This document shows, one piece after another, positions 1-11,159 of a stretch of DNA of 64,000 nt. How positions within the stretch are numbered: position 1 is the first letter of the stretch; each line of letters opens with the position of its first letter. A program made the position numbers and the translations under genes. The notes beneath the pieces were generated by a model. It saw only the letters and a program-made list of their open reading frames with translations, had not been told where the DNA came from and made no database searches. Origin of the DNA: Bryobacterales bacterium (GTDB taxonomy: Bacteria > Acidobacteriota > Terriglobia > Bryobacterales > UBA6623). Location: NCBI GenBank assembly GCA_963422375.2, contig OY729428.2, positions 416,001-480,000 of the forward strand, written 5' to 3'.

Positions 1-641
1 CGAGAGCAAGCCGCCACCCCGGCCCCAATCAGGGCCAGCAGCAGCATGAGGAGGGTCATGGCCACGCCGAAGACCCAGCGCATCGTCTTCAATTCTGCTA
101 GCAGTGCATTGCGGAGGGCCTCCCAATCCCTGTCCCTGTCGTCGATCCGGTTCTCCAGCGAGGACATCCTCGTTCGCATCTCCGACCGCAGGGCATCGTT
201 TCTTGTCCCTGTCTCAGACCGGAGGGACTCGATCAATCCTTGGAAGTGGTCGTGGCGAGGGGGCCACGCATTCTCGCGCGCGTCGAGGAGTCTGCGGGTC
301 TCGGCTCGGCCCTCTTCGATCTTCTTCTCGATCTCCGTCCGTAACGAATCCAGATTCTCTTGGATCCGGGCCTCCAGGTCGGCTTGGGATTCGTGGCGAC
401 GCCCGTCGGCAGCGGCAGCCGCGCGCCTTAGCAATTGAGGTGGCTTGGGCGGGACCGGCTTGGCTCGCGACCCGTCCGCCGTCCCGCTTCTAAGCCGGGG
501 GCGATCCCTGCGTGACGGTCCGCCCCGGGACCGGCGCGGCTTGCTCTGCCACCTTGGCGGGCTTGGAAGGGCTGTGGCGCGTGGGCCGTCGCTAGCGTCA
601 GGTCTACCGCAGGCAACGGAGGGCCGCCGTCCGGGACCCAT
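1..641 (-). CDS. Coiled-coil protein with C-terminal membrane anchor (DUF1640/CCDC90-like); runs off the window start, start codon uncertain
   Basis: Manual minus-strand translation, not in the ORF track: ...DLEARIQENLDSLRTEIEKKIEE...ALRNALLAELKTMRWVFGVAMTLLMLLLALIGAG. The frame is open back to ATG 641 (GGAG just upstream); TTG 434 is an alternative start. Confidence 0.55.
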   Translation of the reverse strand, partial: MGPGRRPSVACGRPDASDGPRATALPSPPRWQSKPRRSRGGPSRRDRPRLRSGTADGSRAKPVPPKPPQLLRRAAAAADGRRHESQADLEARIQENLDSLRTEIEKKIEEGRAETRRLLDARENAWPPRHDHFQGLIESLRSETGTRNDALRSEMRTRMSSLENRIDDRDRDWEALRNALLAELKTMRWVFGVAMTLLMLLLALIGAGVAACS

Positions 642-1414
642 CTCCAGTCGCGCGCCGAGGTCGCGGTTCGGGGCCTTCGGCCCGTCAGGGGCGCTCGGGG
701 CGTTGCCGGCAGCTTGCCCGGAGGTTGGGCTGCAGCCGGGAAACTCGGAACTGTCGGGCCGGTCGCGCGGCGGTCAGCGGGTTCGGCCAGAAGCGGGCAG
801 AATTGGGAACGGTCATGCCCTTGCCTTGTCAGGCTCCCTTGAATTCATTGCGGTTTGACGTAGCCGCCAAGCGGACAAGGAGCCGAAGCACCGCTCGCTG
901 AATTGCGCTGGCACGCACTTTGGCTGTCTCGCAATGTCTGCTTGGAAGTGCCGCACCTGTGGCATCCATCCGCCAAGCCCGCCAGGCTAGGAAGGGATCT
1001 GGACAGTCTGGGTAGCGCTTAGGGGACCGCCGAGTCCGCCGCTTGCCGCGGGCCGGGGGTCCGGCAATTCCAGGCCTAGCGCGTGAATTGGTTGCACGGG
1101 TCCCCCCGACTCGCTTGACGCGGAATCCGAGAACGCCTGTCCAGCCGTTCCGGCCAGGCCGCCTCTCCAGTCGGGATTCCGGCCCACCCAGGGACGCACT
1201 CCTGCTCCTTCAGCGCCGGCATGCGCTCGCGAACCCGACGGGTAATGGGTCCGCAAGCTTACGCGCATGGGAGCGCCCATGCCTGTGCTCCCTCGGACCG
1301 CTCGGCGTTTCACGCCGGACAGGTTCCCATCGGTGCCGCGAAGTGCGCGGCCTGCGGAGTCGACGGCGCCCACGCCGTGCGCTCCCGGAGATCTGGTAGA
1401 TTCAGCACTTGGGA

Positions 1415-2353
1415 ATGTCGGCGCGCATCCTCGACGGCAGGGCGATCCGCGACAGCGTGCTGACAGAACTCGCGGGCGAAGTCGCCCGCGCCGCCGGCCT
1501 GGGTGTTCGACCCGGCCTCGCTGCCGTGCTGGTGGGCGATGACCCGGCCTCGGGAATCTATGTCCGCAACAAGATCCGCGCCTGCGACAGAATCGGCATG
1601 TTCTCGGAGACGTTGAGACTGCCGGCGGCCGCCACCACGGACGAAGTGCTCGCCATCGTAGAGGACCTCAACGCACGGGACGCCATCGACGGGATCCTCG
1701 TCCAGCTACCGCTCCCTGCCCAAGTCGACTACAGGAGAGTGCTTGCGGCAGTGGTGCCGGCGAAGGACGTCGACGGCTTTCATCCGATCAACGCCGGCAA
1801 GCTGGCCACCGGACAGACGTCCCTCGCTCCCTGCACGCCCCGCGGCCTGATCGAAATCCTGCGCAGGAGCGCGATCCCCATCAAGGGCCGCCACGCGGTG
1901 GTCGTGGGCCGCAGTAACATCGTGGGCAAGCCCGCCGCCCTGCTGTTGCTGGCCGAGCACGCGACCGTGACGATCTGCCATTCCCGGACCCCGGACCTCG
2001 CCTCTGTCTGCCGACGGGCCGACATTCTGGTGGCAGCGGCCGGCCGGCCGGCCATGATCACGCGCGAGCACATCCGAGAGGGCGCCGTCGTGCTGGATGT
2101 CGGCATCAATCGCATCGTCGACGCCGGAATCGCCGCGGACCTGCTGGCGCACTCCCCCCGGCGTCTGCAGAAATTCCGGGCGACCGGGAGCGCGCTCGTC
2201 GGGGACGTGCATCCGGGGCATGTGAGGGAAGCGGCCTCGGCCTACACGCCCGTGCCGGGAGGCGTCGGCCCCCTCACGATCGCGATGCTGATGTCGAACA
2301 CACTGCAAGCGGCCAAGCGCCGCCTGCCCGGCCTCGGCCGCTCTGCGGCATGA
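1415..2353 (+). CDS. folD: Bifunctional methylenetetrahydrofolate dehydrogenase/cyclohydrolase
   Basis: Motifs YVRNK, KDVDGFHP, PCTP, GRSNIVGKP, PVPGGVGPLT. Confidence 0.97.
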   Translation: MSARILDGRAIRDSVLTELAGEVARAAGLGVRPGLAAVLVGDDPASGIYVRNKIRACDRIGMFSETLRLPAAATTDEVLAIVEDLNARDAIDGILVQLPLPAQVDYRRVLAAVVPAKDVDGFHPINAGKLATGQTSLAPCTPRGLIEILRRSAIPIKGRHAVVVGRSNIVGKPAALLLLAEHATVTICHSRTPDLASVCRRADILVAAAGRPAMITREHIREGAVVLDVGINRIVDAGIAADLLAHSPRRLQKFRATGSALVGDVHPGHVREAASAYTPVPGGVGPLTIAMLMSNTLQAAKRRLPGLGRSAA

Positions 2354-3309
2354 GCCTCGAACGCTACGGCTGGAATGCCTTCTTCGAGTCCCAGCTCCCC
2401 GGTCCGGCCGGCACGGAGCCGGGGCGCGTCCGGCTCGCGACGGCCAGGAGGGCGCAAGTCTACTCCTCCGACGGAACGGTTGACGTCGGGCTGCCCCGCA
2501 ATGTGGGCACGGCGGCCGTCGGCGACTGGCTGCTTTTCTACCGCGCCAGCCGCATCGCTGCGAGGATTCTCCGGCCGCGCGGCGTCCTCGCGCGCAACCG
2601 TCCCGGCCACGCCTCGCGCCGCCAAGTGCTGGCCTCGAACGTAGACGCCGTGCTCGTCGTTGCGGGCCTGGACCGGCCGGTCAGCGACAGGCTGATCGAA
2701 CGCTACTTGGTGTGCGTGCGCGAGTCCGGGGCCAAGGCAGTGATCGTTCTCAACAAGACCGACCTCTGCGCGGATGCGGGCGCCGCGGCCGACCGATGCG
2801 CCGCGGCCCATCCGGCGTGCCAAGTCGTGGCCGCCAGCGCGGCTACGGGAGAGGGCCTGGGCGATGTCGAGCGCCTGCTTCCCCCGGCCGGGACAACCGC
2901 GCTTGCCGGGCCGTCCGGCGTCGGGAAGTCGTCCGTAGTGAACGCACTGCTGCGAACCGAGCGCCTGCAGGTCGGTGCCGTGCGAAACCGCGACCGCCGC
3001 GGGAAGCACACCACGACACGGCGGGAACTGGTGGAGCATCCGGCCGGCTGGCTGCTCATGGACATACCCGGCATCCGGGAGATTTACCCTTGGAGCAGCC
3101 TCGAGGCGGTGGACCAAGTCTTCTCCGAGATTTCGGAACTGGCGAAGGACTGCCTGTACAGGGACTGCCGGCACCGCGGCGAGCCGGGCTGCTTGGTTCG
3201 CCCGGCACTGGACAGCGGCCGGATCGCCCCCGAGCGGCTCGCAAGCTACCTGGAGCTTCGGGGGGAGCAAGAGGAACTGGCGCGAAGCATCGACGCGGCC
3301 CGCAAGTGA
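2350..3309 (+). CDS. rsgA: Ribosome small subunit-dependent GTPase A
   Basis: Circularly permuted G motifs NKTD, GPSGVGKS, GKHTTT, DIPG; C-terminal zinc site CLYRDCRH...GC; ATGA overlap with folD. Confidence 0.95.
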   Translation: MSLERYGWNAFFESQLPGPAGTEPGRVRLATARRAQVYSSDGTVDVGLPRNVGTAAVGDWLLFYRASRIAARILRPRGVLARNRPGHASRRQVLASNVDAVLVVAGLDRPVSDRLIERYLVCVRESGAKAVIVLNKTDLCADAGAAADRCAAAHPACQVVAASAATGEGLGDVERLLPPAGTTALAGPSGVGKSSVVNALLRTERLQVGAVRNRDRRGKHTTTRRELVEHPAGWLLMDIPGIREIYPWSSLEAVDQVFSEISELAKDCLYRDCRHRGEPGCLVRPALDSGRIAPERLASYLELRGEQEELARSIDAARK

Positions 3310-3337
3310 GCGGAGCCCGACGGTCCCCTTCCGGGGC

Positions 3338-3988
3338 TCACAGCCTGCGCGCCATGAGGTTGAAGCCGTCCTGGCTCAGGCGCTCCTTGGCAGCCTCGGC
3401 TTCCGCGTCGTTCTTGAACGGCCCGACGTACACGCGGAACAGGCCGTTCGACTCCGGCATGATGTGGGCGCGGAAGCCCTCGCGGCGCAGCCAGTCCACG
3501 AGGGACTTGGCGTTCCCGCTCACGCTCAAGGCCGCCACTTGATAGTGCAGCGCGGCCGCTGCCGACGCGGTCTTCCGCGGCGCTTGCGGGACGGGCTTCG
3601 AGACCGCCCGCGACGGCGGCGCCGACGCGGGTGGCGGCCGCTTGACGGCAGGGTCCGGCCGGGCCCGCCCCGGCGCGTCGCCTCCCGCGGCGCTAGGGGC
3701 AGACTCGCGGCTTGCAGGCACCGGGGATTCGGCGGCAGCGCTGGCGGCCGGGTCGGCCGGCGCGAGCAAGACATCCGGAACCTTCACGGGCTCGGGCCGG
3801 CGCGGAGCAGGATTGTCGAGGAATGACAGCAGGCCCGGCTCGCTCCGGAGGCCTCGGCCGTAGCCTGCTTTAAAGCCCGTGAAATAGGCCACCCCGACCG
3901 CCGCCGCGAGCACCGCGACAACTATCAAGACCTGCTTGATCCCGAAGAATACTTCGACTTCGCCTTTGGGCTTCGCCTCCCCGGGCAT
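3338..3988 (-). CDS. Membrane-anchored SPOR-domain protein (DedD/FtsN-like)
   Basis: N-terminal TM helix, Pro/Ala linker, C-terminal YQVAAL...LFRVYVGPF...A...L SPOR pattern. Confidence 0.85.
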   Translation of the reverse strand: MPGEAKPKGEVEVFFGIKQVLIVVAVLAAAVGVAYFTGFKAGYGRGLRSEPGLLSFLDNPAPRRPEPVKVPDVLLAPADPAASAAAESPVPASRESAPSAAGGDAPGRARPDPAVKRPPPASAPPSRAVSKPVPQAPRKTASAAAALHYQVAALSVSGNAKSLVDWLRREGFRAHIMPESNGLFRVYVGPFKNDAEAEAAKERLSQDGFNLMARRL

Positions 3989-4023
3989 GCCCCGATCCTA
4001 CACTGATTCCGACAATCTTGCTA

Positions 4024-4800
4024 CTACTTGTTTGAAACGTCCCTGCCGTCCATCGTCTCCGCCCATTTCGAAAGGCCGCGGAACAAGTCCACCGGCAGGG
4101 GCAGCACGACCGTGGTGTTCTTCTCGGCCCCGATCTCGGTCAGGGTCTGCAGGTAGCGCAGCGTGATCGATGCCGGCTGGGTGCTCAGCGTCTCGGCGGC
4201 GCTGGTCAGTTTCGCGGCGGCCTGCAGCTCGCCGTCGGCGTGGATAATCTTGGCCCGGCGCTCGCGCTCTGCCTCGGCCTGCCGCGCGATGGCGCGGATC
4301 ATTTGCTCGGGAAGGTCGACGTGCTTGACCTCCACCACCTGAACCTTGATGCCCCAGGTTCCGGTCTGCTCGTCCAGAGTCGACTGGAGCCTGGAATTCA
4401 GCTTCTCCCGCTCGCTGAGCAGCTCGTCCAGCTCCGCCTCGCCGAGAACGGAGCGGAGGCGGGTCTGCGCGAGCTGGGAGGTGGCATGGACGTAGTGCTT
4501 GACCTCCACCACGGCCTTGGCCGGATCCAGCACGCGGAAGAACACGACGGCGCTGACCTTGACGGTCACGTTGTCGCGCGTCACGACGTCCTGCGAAGGC
4601 ACTTCGAGAGTCTCGACCCGCAGCGGAATGCGGACGATGCGGTCGAGCGGGCGGAACACGAAGATGAGGCCCGGGCCCTTCGGGGTCGGCAGCAGCCGCC
4701 CGAGCCGAAAAATCACGCCGCGCTCGTACTCGGTGAGAACCTTGATGCTGTTGATCAGGTAGAGGGCGATGATTCCGGCGACGATGAATGGAAGCTCCAT
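4024..4800 (-). CDS. SPFH/stomatin (slipin) family protein
   Basis: [46 protein letters not shown] before ATG 4800. Confidence 0.95.
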   Translation of the reverse strand: MELPFIVAGIIALYLINSIKVLTEYERGVIFRLGRLLPTPKGPGLIFVFRPLDRIVRIPLRVETLEVPSQDVVTRDNVTVKVSAVVFFRVLDPAKAVVEVKHYVHATSQLAQTRLRSVLGEAELDELLSEREKLNSRLQSTLDEQTGTWGIKVQVVEVKHVDLPEQMIRAIARQAEAERERRAKIIHADGELQAAAKLTSAAETLSTQPASITLRYLQTLTEIGAEKNTTVVLPLPVDLFRGLSKWAETMDGRDVSNK

Positions 4801-4930
4801 GGGACTCTCCTTCAAGCGCGTGGCGCGGCCGCGCCCTCCGGGGCGGGCACGGCGAAGCCTACGCCTAGAATTCTAGCCCATCGCTTCCGGATCCCGGGCC
4901 CGGGCCTCTCGGCGACGCGGATCGCGGCCG

Positions 4931-6259
4931 CTACTGGACGCTGCCGTTCCCGCTCGGCTCCACCTCGAGCGTCATGCCATCGACCGCGACGACGCGGACG
5001 CCCTGCCCCGCCGCCACCTCCGACCGGGAGCGCGCGCTCCAGTGCTCCCCGTGCACGAACACCGTGCCGGTTGGAGCGACGGCGGTTTTCGCCTCGCCGA
5101 GCTCCCCGACCATCGCCTCGGCGCCGGTCGCAACCTTGAATCGGAACGAGCGAATCGCGAGCTGCAGCAGGAACACGCTGATCGCCGCGAACGGCAGCGT
5201 TATCGCCACGGCCGGCCCCCAGCCGATCTGCAGTTCGGGCACGTCGGTGTCAACGAGAATGACGATTCCCAGCACCATCGCGACCGCGCCGCCCGCGGCG
5301 AGGATGCCGTTCACCGGGGTCATCGCCTCGATGACGAAGAAGGCCACCGCCAGCAGGATCAGGACGGCTCCGGCCGCGTTGATCGGCAGCAGCGAGAGCG
5401 CCATCAGGCCCACGATGAGGAGAATCCCGCCGAGCACGCCCGGAATCACCAGACCGGGGCTCGTGAACTCGATGTAGACGCCGGCAAGACCGAGGACCAG
5501 CACGAGCAGGGCGAGGCTCGGATTGGTGAGAGGGAGCAGGATGCGCTGGCGCAGGCTCGGAACGTAGGCGCGCAGCTCCGGGGAGGACAGGTCCAAGACC
5601 TCCTCCGTCCCGTCGAACCGCACGACGGTCCGTCCGTCAAGCTGCTCCAGGAGGTCGTGAACGTCCTGCGCGACCACCTCGATCAGACTCGCGTCAAGGG
5701 CGTCCAGCTCAGTGAACGACTTGCTCTCCAGCACGGCCTTGACGGCCAGCTCGCTGTTTCTCCCCCGCTTGTCGGTAACCGCCCGCAGCGACGCGGCAGT
5801 GTCGTTCTCGACCTTCTGCTTCATCGGGCCCTGGAGCTCGCCGCCCATCGCCAAGACCGGCTGAGCGGCCCCTGTGTTCGTGCCGGGCGCCATGGCGGCG
5901 ATGTCGGCCGAGACGAGGATGATGAATCCGGCCGAGGCGGCGTGCCCCCCACTCGGCGACACGTACGCAATCACAGGGACAGGGGAGGCGAGGATCGACT
6001 GGACGATCTCGTTCGTCGCTTCGAGCAAGCCGCCCGGCGTGTTGAGCGTCAGCAGGACCGCCGCGTCGCCGGACTCGCCCGCCTGGTGCAGGGCCTCGGC
6101 CACGATCTCGCGGGTCAGCGGGTGGATGACCGTGTCGATATCCAGCACCAAGACGCGCCCGGCTCGCGCGCCCGAGGCCGTTCCGAGCGCCGCCGCGACC
6201 GCCAACGCCACGGACAGGGCCGCTCGACAGACGGAACTCGATCCTCCAGACGCTCGCAT
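4931..6259 (-). CDS. nfeD: NfeD family membrane-bound ClpP-class serine protease
   Basis: LNTPGG, AASAG, AMAPGTNTGAA; TM bundle; C-terminal OB fold GTVFVHGEHW; next to a stomatin gene. Confidence 0.93.
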   Translation of the reverse strand: MRASGGSSSVCRAALSVALAVAAALGTASGARAGRVLVLDIDTVIHPLTREIVAEALHQAGESGDAAVLLTLNTPGGLLEATNEIVQSILASPVPVIAYVSPSGGHAASAGFIILVSADIAAMAPGTNTGAAQPVLAMGGELQGPMKQKVENDTAASLRAVTDKRGRNSELAVKAVLESKSFTELDALDASLIEVVAQDVHDLLEQLDGRTVVRFDGTEEVLDLSSPELRAYVPSLRQRILLPLTNPSLALLVLVLGLAGVYIEFTSPGLVIPGVLGGILLIVGLMALSLLPINAAGAVLILLAVAFFVIEAMTPVNGILAAGGAVAMVLGIVILVDTDVPELQIGWGPAVAITLPFAAISVFLLQLAIRSFRFKVATGAEAMVGELGEAKTAVAPTGTVFVHGEHWSARSRSEVAAGQGVRVVAVDGMTLEVEPSGNGSVQ

Positions 6260-6586
6260 CGCGCCCTAAGTGTAATGCAGGCAGCCGGATCAACGGGCCG
6301 GGCCGTCGGAGGCGGCGGCCGCGGCGACGCGCTGTCAGAAGCGGATCCCAAGGCGGGGGCAGCCCGCCCGGCGGGGCCGGATGCCTCGCCGCGACCGCCC
6401 GACCGGGAAGGCAGCCGGACGGAAACCGAGCCCGGTCGGATCCGACAGCGCGGCGCGATGGCAGGCGAGCGCGAGACGCTCGAAATGCCGGTCCACCGCA
6501 TATCGTGCATTCGTCGCAGTGCGTAGCACAACATGTTGAATCGACGGCCCGAGGAACGCGGCAGCGGGTTACAATGGGGCGCTCGG

Positions 6587-8569
6587 ATGAACCGGCTCGG
6601 ACTCAGGCTCGGCAGGCCCGAGAGAGTGCTGGCCGTACTGGCAGCAGGCACCTTCCTCCTCTGGGTTCTGCAGTCGGCCGTCCCGTCCCTCGCCCCCTAC
6701 CGTCGGTTCGCGCTGGCCCTCCTGCTGATTCTCGGCGGCTTGGTCGGCATGGTGCGCCTCGTGGGCGCCGGCCAGTGGCTGGCGCGCAAGGTCCTGTGGA
6801 GGGTCCGCCACCGCATGGTCGCGGTGTTCTTCTTCGTCGGCGTGCTGCCCATCTCGCTCGGAGCGCTGCTCGTGCTCTGGGGGGTGCTGCTGCTGATGGG
6901 CCCCCTGCTGGCGTACGTGGTGGGCTCGCAGTTCCGGACCGAGGCCGAACGCCTCGAATCCGCCGCCGGGCTGCTGCACCGGCAGCTGCACGACGAGCCG
7001 CCGGCCGAGCGCAAGGCGGCCATCGAGCGACTGCACGCGTACGCCGCCGAGGATTTCCCCGGCCTCGCGATCGTGGCGGAATTCGACGGAACGAGGACAT
7101 CGCATCCCGTAGGAGCGCTGCCGGGAGCCATCCCCGCCGAAGCCGGCGCGCTCCTCGGGCTGGTGCGGCAGGGGGAGAGCCTCTACCTCGCGGCCGCGGC
7201 GGGAGGCAGTCCGCCGGACGGCAGGGTGGCTCTCGCCGTCCCGCTGACGGAGGCTCTCGTGCGCGACATCATGGCGGGCATCGGCCTCATCGGCGTCAGC
7301 TTGGCAGTCGCCGGCGATCTCGGGCCCGACGCGCTGCCGGACTTCGTCGAGCCCGCCGGAGAGGCGAGCGGCCTGGCCGACACGAGCGGGATTCCCCCTC
7401 CCCGGCACCCGCTGGACTGGCAGATCCGCTGGCCAGTCCAAGCGGAGTTCGTGGACTGGGGCTCGGGCCGGGTCCTGTCCACGGTGTACCCGCTCTTCAC
7501 GCGCACCTCGGCCCTGTGGGCCACCATCTTCGCCGACCAGGCGGAAGGCTCGTTCCGCCTCTTCTCGTTCCTCGGCATCTGCCTCGCCATAGCGTTCGCA
7601 GCCAACCTGCTGGTCTCCCTGTTCATCGCGACGGCGCTGACGCGGACGCTCACGGGCGCCGTCAACGACCTCTACGTGGGCACGGAGCGCGTCGACGCAG
7701 GGGACTTCAGCTACAGGATCCCGGTCAGGGGCAGCGACCAGATCAGCGATCTCTCGCGGGCGTTCAACGCGATGACTGGCTCCCTCGAGGGCCTGATCGA
7801 GGAATCGAAGCGCCGCCAGCAGCTGGAGGCGGAGATCAAGATCGCGCGCGAGGTGCAGGCGAGACTGTTCCCCGCGCACGCGCCCGAGCTCGCGGGCCTT
7901 GAGATTCTCGGCATCTGCCGCCCGGCCCGGTCCGTGTCGGGAGACTTCTTCGACTACGTGGATCTGGAGGACGGGTGCCTGGCGATCAGCTTCGGCGACG
8001 TGTCGGGCAAGGGCATCTCGGCCGCACTCGTGATGGCGTCGCTGCACTCGATCATCCGCACGCAGCTGGTGCTCCTCCAGCGGGCGGCGTCGCAGCCGCT
8101 GGACCGCTCCGCCGCCCAGGTCGTGGAGCGCGCCAACCGCCAGCTGTGCGACGAGACCGCCCCCGAGAAGTTCTCGACCCTGTTCTTCGGGGCCTACGAC
8201 TCGCGGAGCGGGACGCTAGCGTACTCGAATGCAGGGCACCCGCCTCCCCTGCTCCTGAGGAACGGCGGCTTGACGCCGCTCGAGGTCAACGGCATGATCG
8301 TCGGGGTATTCCCGGAGGCCGAGTATTCCGCCACGAACCTCGCGCTGGAGCCCGGCGACCTACTGGTGGCCTACACCGACGGACTCACCGAGCCTGAGAA
8401 CGGATCCGGCGAGGAGTTCGGCGAGCAGCGGCTGCGCACCACCCTGCGAGAGCGCGCGGACAGCCCGTCGCGGGAACTCATCGAGGGCGTGATGAACGAC
8501 GTCAAGGCGTGGACGGGCGCATTGACCCTCCAAGACGACATGACCATGCTAGTCGTTAGAAGGCGATGA
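6587..8569 (+). CDS. Membrane PP2C/SpoIIE-type phosphatase with HAMP domain (RsbU-like)
   Basis: TM helices; HAMP (GDFSYRIPV..DQISDL..AFN.M); VSGDFFD, GDVSGKG, NAGHPP, YTDGLTE, QDDMT. Confidence 0.92.
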   Translation: MNRLGLRLGRPERVLAVLAAGTFLLWVLQSAVPSLAPYRRFALALLLILGGLVGMVRLVGAGQWLARKVLWRVRHRMVAVFFFVGVLPISLGALLVLWGVLLLMGPLLAYVVGSQFRTEAERLESAAGLLHRQLHDEPPAERKAAIERLHAYAAEDFPGLAIVAEFDGTRTSHPVGALPGAIPAEAGALLGLVRQGESLYLAAAAGGSPPDGRVALAVPLTEALVRDIMAGIGLIGVSLAVAGDLGPDALPDFVEPAGEASGLADTSGIPPPRHPLDWQIRWPVQAEFVDWGSGRVLSTVYPLFTRTSALWATIFADQAEGSFRLFSFLGICLAIAFAANLLVSLFIATALTRTLTGAVNDLYVGTERVDAGDFSYRIPVRGSDQISDLSRAFNAMTGSLEGLIEESKRRQQLEAEIKIAREVQARLFPAHAPELAGLEILGICRPARSVSGDFFDYVDLEDGCLAISFGDVSGKGISAALVMASLHSIIRTQLVLLQRAASQPLDRSAAQVVERANRQLCDETAPEKFSTLFFGAYDSRSGTLAYSNAGHPPPLLLRNGGLTPLEVNGMIVGVFPEAEYSATNLALEPGDLLVAYTDGLTEPENGSGEEFGEQRLRTTLRERADSPSRELIEGVMNDVKAWTGALTLQDDMTMLVVRRR

Positions 8570-9597
8570 TCCGGCGGGCATTCTATGCGACGCACCTGCG
8601 ACGCATCGCGATACTGCTAGCCTTCACGCAGGCCGTGCTCGTCGCCGGCACGATCGGCTTCCGGCTCATCGAGGGCTCACAGTGGTTTGACAGCTTCTAC
8701 ATGGCGCTGATCACAGTGACCACGATCGGCTACGGGGAAACCATCGAGCTGAGCCAGGGCGGGCGGCTGTTCAATTCCCTCCTCATCTTCGCGGGATTCC
8801 TGGCCGTGTTCGTCGCCATCGGGGTCACGACTGACACGCTGATCCAACTCGAACTACAGAGTTTCTTCAGCCGAAAGAGGACGAAGCGCATGATCAACAA
8901 GATGTCCGGCCACTTCATCGTTTGCGGACTCGGCCGGGTGGGGCGGGCGGTCATCGAGCGGCTCCAGCGGAGCGACGCGAAGATCGTGGCGATCGACAGC
9001 GACCCGTCGCGTGAATCGTGGGCGCTGGACCACGACGTTGCCCTCCTACCGGAGGACGCGACACTCGACGTCACCTTGGCGCGAGCGGGGGCGCAGCGCG
9101 CGAGAGGCTTGGTCGCCGCCACTAGCAGCGACGCGGTCAACGTGTACATCACCCTGTCGTCGCGGGTGCTGAACCCGGACCTGCGCATCGGAGCCCGGGC
9201 GAGCGACGAGGAGTCGCGCCAGAAGCTGCTCCAGGCGGGTGCGAACACGGTGTTCACCCCGTACACGTTCACCGGATTCCGCATCGCCCAGGCGCTGCTG
9301 CATCCCGAGGTCGCGAACTTCCTGGACCTCGCCACGGCCGTCGAGAATCCCGACTTCGAGGTCGACATCGACGAGCACCGCGTCGGCAGGCGCAGCCGGT
9401 ACGCCGGGCTGGCCGTCGGCACCGTACGTTCCCAGTGGGGGGAGGGGTGGGGCCTCATCTTGCTCGCCCTCAAGGCCGGCGACCGCCCGGTCCAGTTCAA
9501 CCCGCCGGACAGCACCCGGATCGAAGCCGGCTGCGTGATGATCGTGATGGGCCAGAGGCACACGCTGAACCGGCTGAAGAAGGAGCTTGCAGATTGA
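8566..9597 (+). CDS. Two-TM potassium channel with RCK (TrkA-N/TrkA-C) domains
   Basis: Selectivity filter TTIGYG; GLGRVG nucleotide-binding motif; C-terminal TrkA-C (FNPP...IE.G..MIVMG). Confidence 0.93.
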   Translation: MIRRAFYATHLRRIAILLAFTQAVLVAGTIGFRLIEGSQWFDSFYMALITVTTIGYGETIELSQGGRLFNSLLIFAGFLAVFVAIGVTTDTLIQLELQSFFSRKRTKRMINKMSGHFIVCGLGRVGRAVIERLQRSDAKIVAIDSDPSRESWALDHDVALLPEDATLDVTLARAGAQRARGLVAATSSDAVNVYITLSSRVLNPDLRIGARASDEESRQKLLQAGANTVFTPYTFTGFRIAQALLHPEVANFLDLATAVENPDFEVDIDEHRVGRRSRYAGLAVGTVRSQWGEGWGLILLALKAGDRPVQFNPPDSTRIEAGCVMIVMGQRHTLNRLKKELAD

Positions 9598-11159
9598 TGC
9601 TGCGCGTCCTGACGGCGGCCGAGATGCGCGCGGCGGACCGGGCAACGATCATCGACCGCGGCATCCCCAGCCTCGTGCTGATGGAGAGCGCGGCCAGCGC
9701 CGTCACGCGCCACATGCTCGCGACGCTTCCCGATCTCGGCCGCGAGAAGGTGCTCGTCCTGTGCGGCAAGGGCAACAACGGCGGCGACGGCCTGGCCGCG
9801 GCGCGGCAGCTCCTGCTGCAGTTTCCCCGCCTGGACCTGCACGTCGCGCTCCTGGCGCCGCCGGATTCGCTGTCCGCAGACGCGAGGGCCAACCTGCGGA
9901 TGCTCGAGGCCCAGGATTGCCGGGCCGCGATCGCCGCGACTCCGGAGGCCTGGCACGAGCGGCTGGCCGACGTGGCCGACTCGAGCGTCATCGTCGACGC
10001 GATTCTGGGCACCGGCCTCAAGGGCCCCGCCCGGGGGCTGGCCGCCCGGGTCGTCGCGGACGCGAACGCCGGCTTCCGCAACGCGCGCGTCGTCGCGGTG
10101 GACATGCCGAGCGGCCTCGGCAGCGATTCCGGCAGCTGGCCCGGGGAATGCATGCGGGCCGACTGGACCGTGACATTCACCGCTCCGAAGGCCAGCCAAG
10201 TGCTGCCGCCGTCCTGCGACCGGGTGGGCCGGCTGGAGGTGGCGCGGATCGGCACGGCCGACTCGGTGCTGGCCGCCCTGCCCGGCCCGCGCCTGATGCT
10301 GTGCGAGGCGTCGGACGCCATCGAGTACTGCCGGCCGCGGAGCCGGGCGGCCCACAAGGCAAGCTACGGGCACGTGATCGCCATCGGCGGCTCGGCGTCC
10401 AAGCCCGGAGCGATCCTCATGGCGGGGACGGCCGCCCTGCGCGCCGGCGCGGGACTGGTGACCGTCGCCACCGCGGCCGGGGCGTCGGAAGCCGTCATCT
10501 CCGCGACGCCCGAGCTGATGCTGGAGCCGGGACGGGAGCGAGCCGACGGCTCTCTGGGGCCGGACGCCTTCGACGACGGCCTGCTCGACGGCAAGACCGT
10601 CGCGGCCGTGGGGCCCGGCCTGGGCAGCGCGGACGCGAATCGCGAACTGGCGCGGAGGATCTACCGCGAGTGCCGGCTGCCGCTGGTGGTGGACGCGGAC
10701 GGGCTGAGGGCGGTGAGGGCCGGGGCGACGCCCCGGCGCGAAGCGCCCACCGTCCTCACGCCGCACCCCGGGGAGATGGCGCGCATGACCGGCCGATCGA
10801 CCGCGGAGATCCAGGCGGACAGGGTCCGCGCGGCGAGGGCCGCGGCCGCGGACACGGGAGCGTGCGTCGTGCTGAAGGGCCAGCGCTCCCTGATCGCGTC
10901 GCCGGACGGCGACGTGGCCGTCAGCCCCACGGGCACGCCGGGCATGGCGACGGCCGGCTCGGGCGACGTGCTGACCGGGATGGTCGCCGCGCACCTGGCG
11001 CAGTTCCCGGACCGGCCGGTTTTCCCCACCGTGGCGGCGGCGGTCTACCTGCACGGCCTGGCGGGCGAGCTGGCGGCCGCCGAGCTCGGGGAGCAGGGCA
11101 TGCTGGCGACCGACATCGGCAACTGCCTCGCCCAGGCGCGAGGAGCCCTGGCGGCGTGA
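9597..11159 (+). CDS. nnr: Bifunctional NAD(P)H-hydrate epimerase/dehydratase
   Basis: GKGNNGGDG, DAILGTG, DMPSG, HKASYGH, TPHPGE, GSGDVLTG; TGATG overlap with the channel gene. Confidence 0.95.
   Translation: MLRVLTAAEMRAADRATIIDRGIPSLVLMESAASAVTRHMLATLPDLGREKVLVLCGKGNNGGDGLAAARQLLLQFPRLDLHVALLAPPDSLSADARANLRMLEAQDCRAAIAATPEAWHERLADVADSSVIVDAILGTGLKGPARGLAARVVADANAGFRNARVVAVDMPSGLGSDSGSWPGECMRADWTVTFTAPKASQVLPPSCDRVGRLEVARIGTADSVLAALPGPRLMLCEASDAIEYCRPRSRAAHKASYGHVIAIGGSASKPGAILMAGTAALRAGAGLVTVATAAGASEAVISATPELMLEPGRERADGSLGPDAFDDGLLDGKTVAAVGPGLGSADANRELARRIYRECRLPLVVDADGLRAVRAGATPRREAPTVLTPHPGEMARMTGRSTAEIQADRVRAARAAAADTGACVVLKGQRSLIASPDGDVAVSPTGTPGMATAGSGDVLTGMVAAHLAQFPDRPVFPTVAAAVYLHGLAGELAAAELGEQGMLATDIGNCLAQARGALAA

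Noticed and set aside
858..1400. Small ORFs or ncRNA upstream of folD
   Set aside because: No recognisable motifs, tRNA fold or repeat structure.
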